Positions 49,306-62,244 of a stretch of 64,000 bases of DNA are shown piece by piece. The first letter of the stretch is position 1; each line of letters begins with the position of its first letter. This DNA is from Scyliorhinus canicula (taxonomy: Eukaryota): NCBI RefSeq assembly GCF_902713615.1, contig NC_052147.1:196813764-196877763 (forward strand), given 5' to 3'. The position numbers and the translations under genes were made by a program. The notes beneath the pieces were generated by a model. The model ran no database searches, was not told where the DNA came from, and saw nothing but the letters and a program-made list of their open reading frames with translations.

Positions 49306-51344
49306 TGGATTCAGTACTGTATTCCAGTCCCCCCTCAGTATTAACTGGTGGGGATTCAAATTTGGTATGGCAGCAAACATCATCCTCATCAAACCTAACA
49401 TCTTCTTCATAAATTCTACATCACCCCAATTCGGGTCATGTATGCTAACCAGCAGCACCAACCTCCCCTCCAAAGCACCCATTACCATAACATACCTACC
49501 CCCCCGATCCGCCACCACCTTCTTCATCTGGAACCTCACTCTGGGCCACAAGTATCGCTACTCCCCGGGCCCTGCCATCAAAGCTTGAGTGGAACAACTG
49601 ACTTACCCAACCCTTCCACCTTCACCCTCAGGCGGGTCTCTTATAAGAGCACCATGTTGGCTTTCAAACTCTTCAAATGCAAGAAAACGCTTGCTCGCCT
49701 CACAGTTCCCCAATCCTCGCACGTTCTACGTCACCACCTGGTCTCACCCCCCGCCCTGCTCCTCCTGTCAATCATAACCACTACTCCTGCCCAGCAAGTG
49801 GGACCCAGCCATAACTCCTAGTCATTGTCAGCCCCACCCCTTCCCAGAACGCCCCCCAGCCACTTCCTCTCGAAACCACCTCCCCCAGTATCATCCCCAG
49901 CACCCACCATTCTCACCTCCCAGGCCCCTCGAGACCTGACCATACAGGTTGCAACGGCCGTGCCTCTCCCCCTCCCCCCCCACCTTGCTCCTGTTCACCA
50001 GTCAACTTGTGTCTGCTAGCGCGGCGGCCTTAGCCCTCCACACCCAAACCTTCCAAACTCTCAACAGAATAATCCCTAAAACCCAAAAGCAACAAATCCC
50101 TACCAATAAACCCCAAACCATCCCTTCCCAAACACCACTAAACAACAAAAAAAATACCAAATAGAGAGAAAAAAAACAGCAGCAATGCAAAAGACAAAAA
50201 GTAAAAGAAAAAAGCCCAACAGCGTCAAAGTCCAAACTCAATTCAGTCCGCCCTTCAACTTTCACGAATGCCTTTGCCTCCTCCGCTGTCTTAAAATAGT
50301 AGTCTCTGGAGTTATGTGTGACCCTCGCTTCATCGGGTAGACCACACAAACCTCGCGTTGCTTTTATACAAACCGCCTTGGCCCAATCAAAGGCCACCCA
50401 CCTTCCCGCCAGCCCAGCCATGAGATCCTGGTATATATGTATATCACCATCTTCCCACATCCCCTCTTGTTTCAGCTTCGCACATCTCAGCACCTTCTCC
50501 ATCACCGGATAGCTGTGGAAGCAGATAATCACCGCTCTTGGTGGTTCATTCGCCTTTGATTTCGACCGGAGTGACCGGTGGGCCCTGTCCAACTCGTAGT
50601 GTGAGGTGTCCTCCTCCTTCCCCATAAACTTCTAGGGCAAAGTACTTTGTAGGCCTCTGGGCCTCCAGCCCCTCAGGCAGTCCCATGACCCTTAGATCCT
50701 GCCTTTGTGACCTGTTCTCTCCAGCTCTCAGCTCTTTCCTACGCTCCACCACCCTCCGCAGCTCCATACCCGTCGAGGTGAACTGGTCACTGTGCTGAGA
50801 CAATACCTCCTCCACCCCCTTCAATACATCTCCTTGCTCTTGCACCGCCAATGTCTTTGCCAAAGCCTCCTTCATCGTAGCAAGGGTCTCACCCACCCAC
50901 TCGAGCGAGGCCATCATCTCCATTTGATGCTTGTCAAAGTGTTTTGAAAACAGCCGCTCAAACTCCCCCGCCATCACCTTGGCCAGCTTATACACCATAA
51001 TGGGTGCGGCCCCACTCAGCGAGCTTGCTCCTGCCATGTTTTTCTCCCCCTGAACTCCCCACCAAAAACTCGCCAGCAGACTTTCACTTGCCCCCTTTTC
51101 CCCAGTATTCTTTTTCTGGGTCTTTGACATCCTTTAGTTGCCTTAAGCTTTCCCACGAATGTTCATATGAAATTGTCCCAGAAATCTGGGTACCAAGGGC
51201 CAAAAAAGAAAGGCTCTAGCAGGAGTCACCAAACGTGCGACCTCCACCACTGGAAGTCCCAGGCTAGGTGGGGTTCCATCTCTAGATAGGAGAAGACTGA
51301 GGGCTGACTTCATAGATAGATGTCTTTAAGATTATAAAATTATA

Positions 51345-51572
51345 GGGCAGAACGGTGGCGCAGTGGTTAGCATTGCTGCCTCACGGTGCCGAGGTCCCAG
51401 GTTCAATCCCGGCTCTGGGTCACTGGCTGTGTGGAGTTTGCACATTCTCCCCGTGTTTGCATGGGTTTAACCCCCCACAACCCAAAAAGATATGCAGGGT
51501 CGGTGGATTGGCCACTCCAAATTGCCCTTTAATTGGAAAAAATGAATTGGGTACTCTTACATTTTTTTTAAA
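51345..51572 (+). mobile_element. tRNA SINE, alternative AT-rich tail
   Basis: GGGCAGAACGGTGGCGCAGTGGTTAGC head, GGTTCAATCCC B box, tail AAATTGCCCTTTAATTGGAAAAAATGAATTGGGTACTC shared with 4054-4190. Confidence 0.9.
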
Positions 51573-52502
51573 TTGTTAAATTATTTGATATTGTCGACAT
51601 AGATTCCACAACTGGCATTCCACAAGTTGATGGGATAAAATTAATTAGGTTAAGAAAAGGTTTATGTGAAAAGGTTGTGTGGACGAACTGCATAATCTAT
51701 ATAAATTTATAAAATACAAAAATGAGACAGACAGCAAAGAAATAGAGTTTTCATATATCCAAATTGCATTCAAAGGAAATTTAACATTAATTCAAAATTT
51801 GTTCAGTTAAGTGACGACCCTAGATCTTTCATTCATTGACACTGCAATGTCCTGATTATCTGTTGAACTGGCTGTATGGAATTCCTGTTTATTCAGCAGT
51901 GTCATAGAGACTGCAGGATTGTGATTCTTAAAGTGCAAATTGATGGTCTCACTTCACAGCTATTGGGATTATTGAGTAACTCCCCCACAGTCCTCTCCAG
52001 AAGTGTGGAGCAGAGGTTCTCAGACATTTTTAAATCCCACTGCACAGATAGACCAATGATGCAACATTTCCAGAATGGAATATTCAGTTGCCTGGAAACA
52101 AGTGGCACATAGAATTAGGCACTTGTTATCAGTGCATCAACGCTGGAATCATCCCAGTAAGAAATCCACTTACTGATGTGGTACGTGAGAACAGTAGCAC
52201 AATTACAAATGCTGCAATCATCTCTGGCATTCATCTACAAACATGGTGGCTTCTAAACATACCAGATGCTAGTGTAAAAAGTGTATTTAAATATCTAATC
52301 AGTTAGAATCAACAATAATCATTTGTGTCCTTCATATTTTAGAGAAAACATAACGCATTAAAATCACAATCCATTGAAAACATTAACATACAGGAAGAGT
52401 CAGGTCGCTACTACCCTGTACACAAAATGACTAATTTACGAATAAAAAGCAAAATGCCAAAGATGCTGGAAGTTTAAAATAAAAATAGAAAATTCAAGCA
52501 CA

Positions 52503-54220
52503 TGTCAGGGGTAAATCCCACTTCAAAACTAGAAAATTGGGTGTGGAGGAACATTTGTACAAGCAAAGCATAGACAAACACAGAGCAGATTCATGAACAG
52601 ATCATTTTGATCAAAATATGGACAGAAGCATTATGACGGAAACACAGGATGGCAATTAACCAGGGAAATGCAAGTAAATGGGAAAGATCAGCAATTTGAA
52701 AAACCTGGGGGCCAGATGTGAAATTAATACAGGATTGAAATTGAGAATACAGTTCAAAGTAAATTTTCAGACCAGCAGGTCCCAGGGAAAAAGAGAAGGT
52801 AGCACTAGATCAGTACTATGATTTGCACTTGCAAATTGAACAGAACTGCTGTTAGAACAGAACTACACCCTGGGTTAGGGCACGGGCAATTCAACCCCCC
52901 CTTGACTCGGAGTTCTAACAAATTGAATTTACCAATAATTCTTAGAAAAATACACAAAGTTCTTGGCTGGCCAATAATTACAGTCACCAGGTTTATAAAT
53001 TTAACACAATTACTTTTGGTTAATAATAAGAACTATAATGAAACATGCAAATACAACTGGTTAGCTATCGTCTAATTCCTAACTCGCCCCCCACCTTCTA
53101 AACACATACATACACACACACACATACAAACTAAGTGGGTGAAAATAATAAGTAAAAGACAAAGGAGTATTGGTTTCAGGTGGTTGTCTTTAAGCAGACC
53201 TTCCTTCAAGGTAAGCTTTCAGATTGAGGTCACTGTTTGCAGCCTAAAATGGTCTCATTGTAGATTCACACATTCAGGTTGTCTGTAGGTTCAGAAATAC
53301 ATCAACTCATATCCTTTCTGGAGAGGGACAGAGACAAAAGAGAGGGTGTAGGTCCTTATCCCAGTGGTACAAAATCAAACGCCGCCCAATGCAGATCCCA
53401 TTCAGAGGATGGGTGTGAGTGCACTATCAGCAGAAAGACAGAAGGCAGATATTTGCATAAACAGAGGAGCATCAGAGAGATCATCGCTCTCCTGCCTTGT
53501 ATCATGACCCGCTGACAGTGCTGCCATCGGCCCATCACCCTGGGATGATGTTACACAGACCCTGGGAGGGTGGATCAGGGCAGTCAGGGAGGGAGTGGGG
53601 GGGAGCTAATAGACAAAGCTTCATGAACCGGGTGAGGATGAGGGTCTGCCTGGTCCTCCAGGCATTCCAAATCCTTGCAGACACCTGTCCTCCATCCTCC
53701 AGCTCTTCCCTGGGCTCATCCCCACCTGGCACGCCTCCTTCTCCACAGATGAGGCCGCATGTCCTTCCTCCTCCTCCAGCATGTTGCCCTGCTGCTGTGC
53801 CAAGTTGTGTGTGTGGAGGGGGGGGGGGGGGGCATCCACACGTGTGTAATCCCGAGGCGGTGCTCACACACGGGTCAATATGCTGATTTGAGACCCCAAC
53901 TCTCTTTTACCTTGGAAATAAATGGTCAGTTTAAAGTGTACCTGTTTACAACGAACATTTCTCAAACCTTCATGAAATTTTTGGAGGCCAACAGTCGAAC
54001 CAATGTAAGCACAAATGCTGCTCTCCTGCCTCCAAGTCTGAATGCCTTGCACTTTCTTGCTAGTTAAATAACCTGAGCATTCCTTTAAACATTAATATCC
54101 CCATTACCCAGTGCTGTCATTAGGGAGACTTCAGCACAGGTCATATGGCCCCCTTCATTTCATCCTAAATGAAAGGCACCGTCTCAAAACATATAAATCT
54201 TATAAATTTCAATTGTCACA
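52503..54220. mobile_element. Possible large old LTR-like element, interrupted by a Harbinger fragment
   Basis: TGTCA start and TCACA end; no TSD verified. Confidence 0.3.
53360..53880 (-). mobile_element. Harbinger (HARBI1-like) transposase C-terminal remnant and downstream region
   Basis: HNLAQQQGNMLEEEE...RQTLILTRF. Confidence 0.7.
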
Positions 54221-54727
54221 ATAATACATATAGATTCAATAGCAATAATCAAGTGAAGTGCCTTGCTGTTTTCCATTTTCATAATTTAAGACAAACACAT
54301 ACTGGTCAATTAAAACATAATTTTCAGTCCTGGTAAAAACGCATGCATTTCAAGTATTCAGTAATAATCAGTAGTGACGCTATTAACAACTGTCCAAACA
54401 AAAAATAATCTGTGATCCATGAGATGCAAATAATTGCTAGACAAAGATGGCAAGAACTGCTATAATTATAGCACATCAAAGGTCAAAGAATTGTAACTGA
54501 ATAACAGAATTGCATATTCATACGCAGAGAGGAGATATAAACAACAGTATGTTTACCTGAAATGTGACAATCTAGAATTAAAGTCTATATATAATCTCCA
54601 AACATCAGTTATGTTAAAGTAGCATAAATGTGCAACACTTGTGTAATCCATTAAGAAAATCAGTTATTATTAAAAGCTTTTAAGTCAAGACAAAATTTAG
54701 GAAAGCATAGTCATTCCTTGGAAACAA

Positions 54728-56000
54728 AGGCCTGGATTTTCATGGGGTTGAGGGGACTCTGTAAGGAGTGAAAATGGCACCTGGAAGGTGAATGTGTCTC
54801 TGATTCCCTGCCAGCCTTTAACAGAAAATTGCAGGCCGAACTTTTAAAGGACTTCTCAGAGTCAAACTGGGAACAAAGATGATCCTAAGGCCCTACTTAG
54901 GACACTGAATGGCAAGGGTTAATGTAGTCATTCTTTCATATTAGGATGAGCATCTCCTGGGAGATGTATGCTGCCAATGTTAATGTTATGCGGCAGCAGC
55001 TCACCAAGGATTTGTTACTGGACATGGAGGAAGAATCTCAGGGTTGCTAAGGCGAACCACCTTGCTATTAAGCAGTCCCTGCAGCAATGGCATCTTGTAA
55101 TAATAATAATAATCTTTATTGTCACAAATAGGCTTACATTAACACTGCAATGAAGTTACTGTGAAAAGCCCCTGTCGCCACATTCCGGTGCCTGTTCGGG
55201 TACACCGAGGGAGAATTCAGAAAGTTCAATTCACCTCACCAGCACATCTTTCCGGGCTTGTGGGAAGAAACTGGAGCACCCGGAGGAAACCCACGCAGAC
55301 ACGGGGAGAACGTGCAGAATCCGCACCGACAGTGACCCAAGCCGGGAATCGAACCTGGGACCCTGGTGCTGTGAAGCAACAATGCTAGCCACTGTGTTAC
55401 CGTGCCGTATGGAGCCAGCAATGCAAACCCAGGCCTGCCCCACATTGTCACCCTCCTCCTTGGTGGCATCTCTATCGCAGGCAATGTGGTCGCCTTCTGC
55501 CTCCTCATTTTCCTTGCCCTTCTCCTCATATAGCTCTTTCACCGTAATCGAGACCTTCAGTGTGCATGCCACTCCACTGTAACCTTTTATGGAGCATACA
55601 GCAAATGACCATTATCCTCATCACCCTTTCAGGTGAGTACTACAGTGCTCTTCCCAAGTGGTCAATACATCTGAACATCATTAACTGGCCAATTGCCTCA
55701 CTGATGACAGTCCATGCCTGAAAGTGGCTGGTCTTGTAGAAACTTGGGAATTCAATCTCGGTTGCAAGGGAGTAAGCAGCTACACCATTAATGGGCACCC
55801 TTTATCCCCCAGAAGCTAAGCAGAGACCAGGAGTCTAGGCTGGAAAAGCTGTGGCAGCAGTGACTGCCTCAGAATTAATAAGTAATTACAGCTGCTGTGG
55901 AAATGAGAACCTATGAGCTCATCCCCATTCCTCCTGTTTCACTCGAGGTTATTGTGGGTCCTAAATTTCCGTCATTCTGCAAAGCTCTGTAACAGGGATT
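54728..56000 (-). mobile_element. Old Harbinger transposon remnant (transposase DDE region ~55570-55900), SINE nested
   Basis: Minus strand LLGDKGCPL..LLTP...VISEAIGQL.MFRCIDHLGRAL*YSPE; TIR-like GGCCTGGATTTTC at ~54729. Confidence 0.7.
55098..55407 (-). mobile_element. V-core SINE with (TTA)n-ending alternative tail
   Basis: HE1-like head and core fused to the GGCGACAGGGGCTTTTCACAGTAACTTCATTGCAGTG tail. Confidence 0.92.
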
Positions 56001-56089
56001 TGGCAAGCTGCTTTTTCCAAGTGGAGGCCGATGTTGGATGTCCTCCATACACCATTCAACTGATGAGTTGTAGAGTATGAAATTGCGAG

Positions 56090-57570
56090 GCTTGTCTCAA
56101 TTCAGTGATGACAACCCCTCTTATGATCACTTTTGATCCCAGAAATTGAAATTGATCAACTGTGTGGTTGGTAGTGAAGAAAGGTGCAGACTTCAAATGT
56201 ATATCAATGGACCTAAGAGGTGATCAGAAAAGTGACAAACGGAATTCCATCTGAGGTAATGCATTTGGAGAGGACAAGCAAGGCAATGAAATTCCCAAGA
56301 AATAGTAGGTCACAGGAATATAAAGGAACAGAGGAACGTATCCTCAGGCCCCAAACGATAGCAGAGCAAGTGAATGAGATGGTTCAAAAGGCATATGGGA
56401 TTCTTTCCTTTACTGACTGAGCTGCAGAATAATAATAATATTATAAGCAAGGAGATGATGTTAGAACTGTATAAAACATTAGTAAGACTGCAGCTAGACC
56501 ACTATGTAAATTACAATAGTTATGGCCACTGCATTACAGTAAGAATGTAATTTCACTCGAGAGACAATAGGGGATATTTATAAGGATGTTACCAGAAATG
56601 AAAAATTTTAGTCTGAGAAAAGATTGGATTGGCTGATATTTGCTTCGGAACGGAGGAGGCTGGCATGAGATTTAAATTGAAGTGTATAAAATTATCAAGT
56701 CTAGATAGTTACGGGGAAGCACTTATTCATTTTAGCAAAGTGGTCAATGACCAGAGGGTATAGGATTTGTCATGGGAGTGTTCCTTCAAGAAATGTTTTT
56801 TGTCTTATCACATGGCTTCAGTGATATCATTGTATGGGTGGAGCTGGTTTGCGGCTCTTGTGAGTTTTTACTTTTGTTTTCAGATTTGGCTGCTGGAGAC
56901 TCAGACAGGGAAGTATTTTGGCCTATCTCTCTATTTTCAATTTTAAAGAGTTATTCCGAGGAAGCAACCCAATGATTATACTTACCTGCTGTTTTGGTAA
57001 AAAGGGGTTTTTGGTTTATGGGATCTTGTTATTGAATTAGAACAGTTAAAGGGGGAATTTATTAGGGGTTATACATAGATTAATGTAGCTGTGTGAAGGC
57101 TTTATGTTCGTAGTTGATAATAATTCTTACTGTGTGTGTTTATACAGATATTAACTAAATTCTTAGAATAAAGCTTGTTTTTTGATTAAAAGCGACTCAG
57201 AACTCTGTTGAATAACGCATGAAAGACAGGCTCTTGTGCTCATCATAACCACAATCAATAAACAGTTATAGGTCAGGTGAACTCCATAATATACTTTGGT
57301 GTTATCTAAACCCTGGCCCATAACAGATTAAAGTAATTGGTGGGAGGATTAGAGGAAAGTTTAGGAATAATTCATTTCACACAGAATGGTGGGGGTCTGG
57401 AACTCACTGTCTAAAAGAGTGGCAAGGGCAGAAACCCTCATCATCTTTAAAAAATGTTCCCGATGTACAAGTGCAGTAACCTGCAGACCAAGAACTGAAA
57501 AGTGGGATTAGACAGGACAGCCCTGGCACAAACACGATGGGCTGAATGGGCTCCAAACATTCTGTAAGTT
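56090..57570 (+). mobile_element. Old CR1 3' portion, interrupted by a solo LTR
   Basis: EVMHL.RT, VQKAYGILSF, LELYKTLVR, GAATGGTGGGGGTCTGGAACTCACTG, tail ATGGGCTGAATGG. Confidence 0.8.
56768..57325 (+). mobile_element. Solo LTR (558 bp)
   Basis: TGTCATGGG...CCCATAACA inverted termini; perfect 4-bp TSD GATT; AATAAA at ~57167. Confidence 0.92.
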
Positions 57571-57847
57571 ATTTATGTAGCATTCTCTGTTCCATCGTTC
57601 TCATGTCAGTTTTACCCATCTCATGTTAAAAAGGAGGTGTTCAACCAGGGTAAATCAGTACTGAGCTTTCCAACTCCACATGATCAACATTAACCTCCTG
57701 GATATGCCCGATACATGCAGCATCTACCTCTTTTCTGACTACTCCATATCCATGTATTGTATATTCATACTGTCAGTCATATTCCTGACATTCCTATACT
57801 TCACTGCTGTGTGTTATCAGGCACCATATTCACATTGCTACTGGCTT

Positions 57848-58180
57848 GGGCAGCACGGTAGCATTGTGGCTAGCACAATTGCTTCACAGCTCCAGGGTCC
57901 CAGGTTTGATTCCTGGCTTGGGTCACTGTCTGTGCGGAGTCTGCACGTTCTCCCCGTGTATGCGTGGGTTTCCTCCGGGTGCTCCGGTTTCCTCCCACAA
58001 TCCAAAAGATGTGCAGGGTAGGTGGATTGGCCATGCTAAATTGCCCTTAGGTATCCAAAATTGCCCTTAGTGTTGGGTGGGGTTACTGGGTTATGGGGAT
58101 AGGGTGGACGTGTGGACCTGGGTAGGGTGCAGACTCAATGGGCCGAATGGCCTCCTTCTGCACTGTAAATTCTATGATTC
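57848..58180 (+). mobile_element. HE1/V-SINE, CR1-type tail
   Basis: Head GGGCAGCACGGTAGC, V-core, tail ...GTAAATTCTATGATTC. Confidence 0.95.
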
Positions 58181-58429
58181 TTTCATATTCATACTCCTTA
58201 TCACAGATTTGTCTGCTGCTTTAAATATAAAAATAGATCCTTTCATACCACACCAAAATGACATGCAATTCAGCATACGACTAGCACTAATCCCCGAAAT
58301 TCATGTGCTGTCCACACTGTTCTCAAGAACCAAAATGAACTATACTTAGATAATCTGTCATATTATTCAAGCCATTCATTCAGGACAGTTTTCTCTCCAA
58401 ATATTGAGCCTATTTAAAGAAAACAAAAT

Positions 58430-59200
58430 GAGTGGGCATAGTTTACGCTGTCACTCTGAAAGACGGCACCTGGCTCCACAGATATCGGGGCGCCATCTTT
58501 AAGCAGCACCCCAATCAGAACTGAAGTGGAACTCTCCCTCTCCCTCTCTTTCCCCCCCTCCCCCCCCCCTCCCCCCCCCTTCCCCCCCCCCCCCCCCTTC
58601 CCCCCCCCAGTTGGGGGTTCCCAAATAATCAAGGGCAACCCTCTGCCCTCCATTCCCCCGAACAATCATTGGGAACACCCCCCTACTCCAAGCCCCTGAT
58701 AATCAATCATCAGGGGCTGCCCCCTTCCCTGACAGTCATCAGGAACATACCCCTCACCAGCTCTCCCCCCCCCCCACCACCCCACCAGGGGCAATCATTG
58801 GGTAGCCCCCTTGCCCTTCCCCACCCCAAACAAACATCAAGGGCCCCCACCACCACTGCAGGTGTCATTGGGACTCCCGCCCTCAGTGCCCAATCCCCCA
58901 GCACCTGCATGTTTGCAAATTCTTCCCTCACTTCCCACTCTTCCTTCCCCCCCCCCCCCCCTCCCCTCCCAACCAACTACACAAAACTGGAAACCATCCC
59001 CATGGGGCTCCATTGAGGGCCTTCCCTTGACACTTTCAGATTGGGACTGCCCATTGGCACAGGTTGGCACTGTGGCAATTGGCAGTGCCGACCTGGCAGT
59101 GACATCCCTCTCTTCCCCTTCTCCGGCTTTTCCACCTGCGTCGCCATTCTCTGACAGTGAATGTGGACCGAAAATTATCCCCAGAGTATTGCCCTATCTC
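58430..59200. mobile_element. C-rich non-autonomous DNA transposon fragment (Harbinger-like, tentative)
   Basis: C-runs, TGGCA repeats, GAAAATTATCCC TIR-like end. Confidence 0.4.
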
Positions 59201-59256
59201 TTCGACCATATTCATATTTATTTCCTTTTTTTTCAATGCACAGAGAAAACAATTAC

Positions 59257-59300
59257 CTGCTTTGAAATTGAGATTTTTCTTCACAAGGAACTTAATAAAA
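59257..59300 (-). other. Candidate host exon (44 bp)
   Basis: TCCTTTCAG acceptor, CAG|GTAATT donor, one open frame FIKFLVKKNLNFKA. Confidence 0.25.
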
Positions 59301-60597
59301 CTGAAAGGACTAACTTCAAGTAATATGTATACAGGTGGGTACCCTCACTTGCACCTGCAGTTCATAGGTTTGAGTATCACATGCTTGCTTATAATCTCAG
59401 TGTGACAACAATTTCACTTGAATGAATTCTTAGGAGGAACTCCCAGCTTTTCTAAGAACCAAGGCTGTCATGTTATTTGCTTCAAGAGTATTGGAGTTAT
59501 CAAACATAGCAGATAATAACTTGCTGACTTATTATTTTAAATTCAATGAAGGATTTTACTTGGAATGAGTTTTTGTCAACCTTTGGCTGGATGGTGCAGC
59601 ACAAGAAAATTGTTCCATGTATGAGCGACATCAACATTTCTCAGATCACACCAAAATATGGTACTTTATTTCATGCAAGTAAGATTCCAAACTAAATTGC
59701 AAAACAGTATATCAAGGGGCGAAGAATATATGATTCCCTGTACTTACAACTAAAGGGTTAAGAGAGGGTAGAGGCAGTTGGGGAGTTAAGAAATGGGAGG
59801 AGGAAGGGCAGTAGGGGTGGGCTGGAAGAATGTGTCATTGTTCAGTCATGGTTTAGGATTTTTTTTAAAAACACAAGTTGAATTTTGAAAGCAAAAAAAA
59901 ACTCAAGAGGGAAATGGATAGGCATGGAGGGTGGGAGGGATGTAGGTTAAAGGTGTTCAGCTTTGGGTCAATCTATCTGTCTTATAGAGAACAAATGAAA
60001 ATAAGAGTGCGGTTGAAGTGTTCTGTAAAGATAAGCGACACTGTAATGAGAAGAAGTGGGTGATTAATGTGTTCAGGAATACAAAAGGGGAAGATATGGG
60101 ATGGCAAAGGAAGGACTGAGTAGTAAGAGGGAGGCGGAACAGGAATGCAAACCGTTATGGGTATGATAGGAGCCAAGAGGAAGTATAAATAATGAAGAAA
60201 GGAGATGCAAAGCCCACTGTACTACAGACTGTAATTTGTTATCTGACCAGCCTACTAGCAGTTTGAACTTCAAGATTGTGTGAAGAAAGGATGGAGAAAA
60301 TCCCCTAGAGAATGGAGTCCTCTGTGGCACCTTACCCAGCCACTCACCCCTTGTCATGCAAAAGTAAAGGAGCAAGGGGGTGGGGAGCAGGAGGCGGCTG
60401 AGAAAGATGGGAAAAGATTGGAAGAGAAAAGCAGAAAAGAAAAAAAAGGCAGAAGCAGAAAGGCAAAAATAAGTAGTAACATGAAGACAACAGAAATGTA
60501 AGAGAGGGACCATATTCTCTGACGTACCATGCAATGTTAACGGGGGGGGGGGGGGGGGGGGGAATATCCACAAACAAATGTAATTGTGTTAATTAGT

Positions 60598-60765
60598 AAT
60601 AAATATAATAATAATAATCTTTATAAGTGTCACAAGTATGCTTACATTAACACTGCAATGAAGTTACTGTGAAAAGCCCCTAGTTCCCGCACTCCGACAC
60701 CTGTTCGAGTACACAGAGGGAGAATTCAGAATGTCCGATTCACTTAAAAAGCACATTTATCGAGA
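60598..60765 (-). mobile_element. SINE 3' tail fragment with (TTA)n end
   Basis: Matches the tail of 55098-55407. Confidence 0.85.
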
Positions 60766-61926
60766 ACTCTTCTAATTAGAGATTTTTAACCTAATGTTTG
60801 CACAGAATCAGTACTGATTTAAATGAACAATAGAAGCTAATGCCTCTTTGCTGATATTGACAATTTCTTAACCAAAACTTTGTTTGTTACCTCCAAATCA
60901 CTGAAACTAACTTTCACCCATTTCCCTTTATGTCATATATGATGAATCATACCAGTGTCAGCTGCCTGTCATGTACTTGCGTTGACAGTTGCTTATCTAT
61001 CAATGCCAAGTGTAAATGTCTGTGGAGGTTAACAGCTTTGTAGTTTGTTCAATCTCAGTGATGTACTTATCCCAATCGTTTACTGGGCTATTTTCCATGA
61101 CAGTTGGAGTAGAAAATTGCCATATGAAAATCCCAAAACAAGTGCACCCCAAAAAAGGATTGATGTTCAAAAATTCTCACACTGAGAATTTTGATTAATC
61201 TTATTTTACTGTCTTTCAAGGCTTGGATTATATGGCTTTTGACATTAATCTTACACTTAGCTGTGTACTTGTAACTAGCTGTAGTTTGTGTTGATCCTGG
61301 ACAGGTTGACACAGTTATCGAATAGTCACTGTCGACTTCCGGTGGCGGCCACGGAATGAGTGGTCATACACAGGGCAGCTCCAGCTCGAAGGCTTTGAAT
61401 TGCGCACTTTATACACGTTAGTGCAGTAGCTCCGGCAGGAAAGTGGTTCAGAATGCGCAGAGGGAGAGATTCTCCCCAAGATTGACATGTCTACTGGCTA
61501 CCAGACCCGTCAAATAACAGTTAAAGACCTGGCTAAGGAACTGGAGGGGACCTGTGGCGCAGCAAAAAGTTGTGAGAATGGCGGAGGGGAGAGGGGAGAG
61601 GGTCGTCGCCAGTGGGAAATCCCCAAATGGAACAGTTGATGGCCATCATCAAAAACAAATTTTGCCAGCAAAGGAAGGAGATGCATGGGGACTGGTCGAA
61701 GGCCATCGAGGGAGCAGTAGGACCTCTGCGAGGGTCAATAGACCATGTAGAGAAGTGCCTTGAGGCACAAGGGGCAACAATACGAGAGGTGGGGAAGGTA
61801 GTGTCTGACCAGAGCAATCGGATCATGTCCTTAGAGATAGAGGTGGGGGTCTTGGGGACCTATGCAAGTCATTGAGGGTGAAGGTGGAGGAGCAGGAGAA
61901 CAGGCCCAGGTGGCAAAACCTGCAAA

Positions 61927-62244
61927 TTCATTCATTATCTTTAATAATCATCTTTATTAGTGCCACAAGTTGGCTACATTAACACTGCAATGAAGTTACT
62001 GTGAAAATCCCCTAGTTGCCACACTACGCCACGCTGTTCGGGTACGTGGAGGGAGAATTCAGAATGTCCAATTCACCTAACAAGCACGTCTTTCGGGACT
62101 TGTGGGAAGAAACTGGAGCACCCGGAGGAAACCCCGCAGATACGGGGAAATGTGCAGACTCTGCACAGACAGTGGCCCAAGCTGGGAATCGAACCCGGGA
62201 CCATGGAGCTGTGAAGCAATAGGGCTAACCACTGTGCTACTGTG
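61927..62244 (-). mobile_element. V-core SINE with alternative tail, inserted in L1 ORF1
   Basis: Same architecture as 55098-55407. Confidence 0.9.

Larger units (their letters stand above)
46150..51258 (-). mobile_element. L1-clade LINE(s): 5' end, ORF1, EN, RT, and a heavily deleted 3' part; hosts an LTR and two MITEs
   Basis: Starts GACTTCCAGTGG; ORF1 YELDRAHRSLRSKSKANEPPRAVIICFHSY; EN ADRGGRYVMV...ILRGDWNTVL; [30 protein letters not shown]. Confidence 0.92.

Noticed and set aside
51950-52091. Minus-strand exon-like segment (QLNIPFWKCCIIG...)
   Set aside because: Not phase-compatible with the upstream candidate exons, and the peptide is unrecognised.
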